Origin: Bacteroidales bacterium
Lineage (GTDB): Bacteria > Bacteroidota > Bacteroidia > Bacteroidales > F082
Length of the DNA stretch: 61,061 nt
NCBI GenBank assembly: GCA_017549605.1
Contig: JAFYUH010000137.1
Location: 1 to 61,061, forward strand
Reading direction: 5' to 3'
Within the stretch, counting starts at the first letter, position 1. Each line of letters begins with the position of its first letter. Shown one piece after another: positions 60,094-61,061 of this stretch. The position numbers were made by a program, and so were the translations under genes. The notes under the pieces were generated by a model. It was given only the letters and a program-made list of their open reading frames with translations, ran no database searches and was not told the DNA's origin.

Positions 60094-61061
60094 ATGAACG
60101 AAAAATTAAAACAAAACGATCTTCCTTACTTAGTAGCAGATATGTCTCTCGCTGACTGGGGAAGAAAAGAAATTGAAGTATCAGAACACGAAATGCCAGG
60201 TTTGATGGCGCTTCGTAAAAAATATGGCGAAGAAAAACCTTTAGCAGGTGCTCGCATCAGCGGTTCTTTACACATGACAATCCAAACTGCTATCTTGATT
60301 GAGACATTGGTAGCACTCGGCGCTGAAGTACGCTGGGCAAGCTGTAACATCTTCTCAACACAAGACCACGCAGCAGCAGCTATCGCTGAAGCTGGCACAG
60401 CGGTATTCGCATGGAAAGGCGAGACTTTGGAAGATTACTGGTGGTGTACAAAAAGAGCTTTGACATTCGCTGACGGCAAAGGTCCAGACCTCATCGTTGA
60501 CGATGGCGGCGACGCAACATTATTAATCCACAAAGGTTACGACTGCGAAAACGATCCTTCACTCTTGAATGTCGAGACAACAAACGCTGAAGAAGAAGCT
60601 CTTATGTCAGTTCTTAAAGCTACTTACGAAGAAAATCCTAACTTCTGGCATGAAGTAGTGGCTAACTGGAAAGGTGTTTCTGAAGAAACAACAACAGGTG
60701 TTCACCGTTTGTATCAGATGAAAGAACAAGGCAAGCTCCTCGTTCCAGCTATCAACGTTAACGACAGCGTTACAAAATCAAAATTCGATAACTTATACGG
60801 TTGCCGCGAATCTCTCGCTGACGGCATCAAACGCGCTACAGACGTTATGCTCGCTGGTAAAGTCGTCGTCGTTCTCGGTTATGGCGATGTCGGTAAAGGC
60901 TGCGCTCACTCAATGCGCTCTTATGGTGCAAGAGTCATCGTGACAGAAATCGACCCTATCTGCGCTCTCCAGGCTGCAATGGAAGGCTTTGAAGTCACAA
61001 CAATTGAAGAAGCTTTGGCAGAAGGTAATGTCTACGTTACATGTACAGGTAACCGCGACGT
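60094..61061 (+). CDS. ahcY: Adenosylhomocysteinase (5' part; runs off the window)
   Basis: Not in the ORF track because there is no stop in the window. Translation from the ATG at 60094 gives '[72 protein letters not shown]...', with the NAD motif '[12 protein letters not shown]' near the end. Confidence 0.92.
   Translation, partial: MNEKLKQNDLPYLVADMSLADWGRKEIEVSEHEMPGLMALRKKYGEEKPLAGARISGSLHMTIQTAILIETLVALGAEVRWASCNIFSTQDHAAAAIAEAGTAVFAWKGETLEDYWWCTKRALTFADGKGPDLIVDDGGDATLLIHKGYDCENDPSLLNVETTNAEEEALMSVLKATYEENPNFWHEVVANWKGVSEETTTGVHRLYQMKEQGKLLVPAINVNDSVTKSKFDNLYGCRESLADGIKRATDVMLAGKVVVVLGYGDVGKGCAHSMRSYGARVIVTEIDPICALQAAMEGFEVTTIEEALAEGNVYVTCTGNRD

Overview
This 61-kb segment looks like a Bacteroidota (probably Bacteroidales) chromosome. 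The taxon call rests on several proteins ending in T9SS C-terminal sorting domains, TAnnTTTG -7 promoter boxes, and the gene content; no database search was possible.

About 33 genes are supported.
- **Housekeeping and metabolism:** sdaA, thpR, leuS, rsmI, ansB, hemW, a PcrB-like prenyltransferase, an mce-mmdA-BCCP operon, and a partial ahcY.
- **Secreted and periplasmic peptidases:** five intact tandem S8 subtilisin paralogs (578-2037 aa), one adhesin-module paralog broken by a nonsense codon, an M6 InhA-like protease, an M1 aminopeptidase, DPP4 (S9), an S46 DPP7/11-like peptidase, and an M49-like lipoprotein.
- **Not found:** tRNA, rRNA, CRISPR, transposase or integrase.

The most unusual signal is non-coding.
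- Short 7-8-nt periodic 'word' repeats (CACCAAGT, TCAGAATC, GTTCAAA, TTAGGAG, GTTGTC[CT], CTCACGG, TATGAAT/TATGCAT, TTGAAAA) build hairpins in most spacers that contain a gene 3' end. They are absent from purely divergent promoter spacers.
- Nested palindromic elements with conserved GTAGAGACG / CGTCTCTAC ends occur alongside them.
- The same DNA recurs in frame inside at least seven coding sequences and supplies the last codons and stop codon of at least seven ORFs.
- This resembles the in-frame Rickettsia palindromic elements, but I cannot tell from the window whether it has been described for this lineage.

The S8 paralog array also shows modular shuffling and a recent gene-conversion tract.
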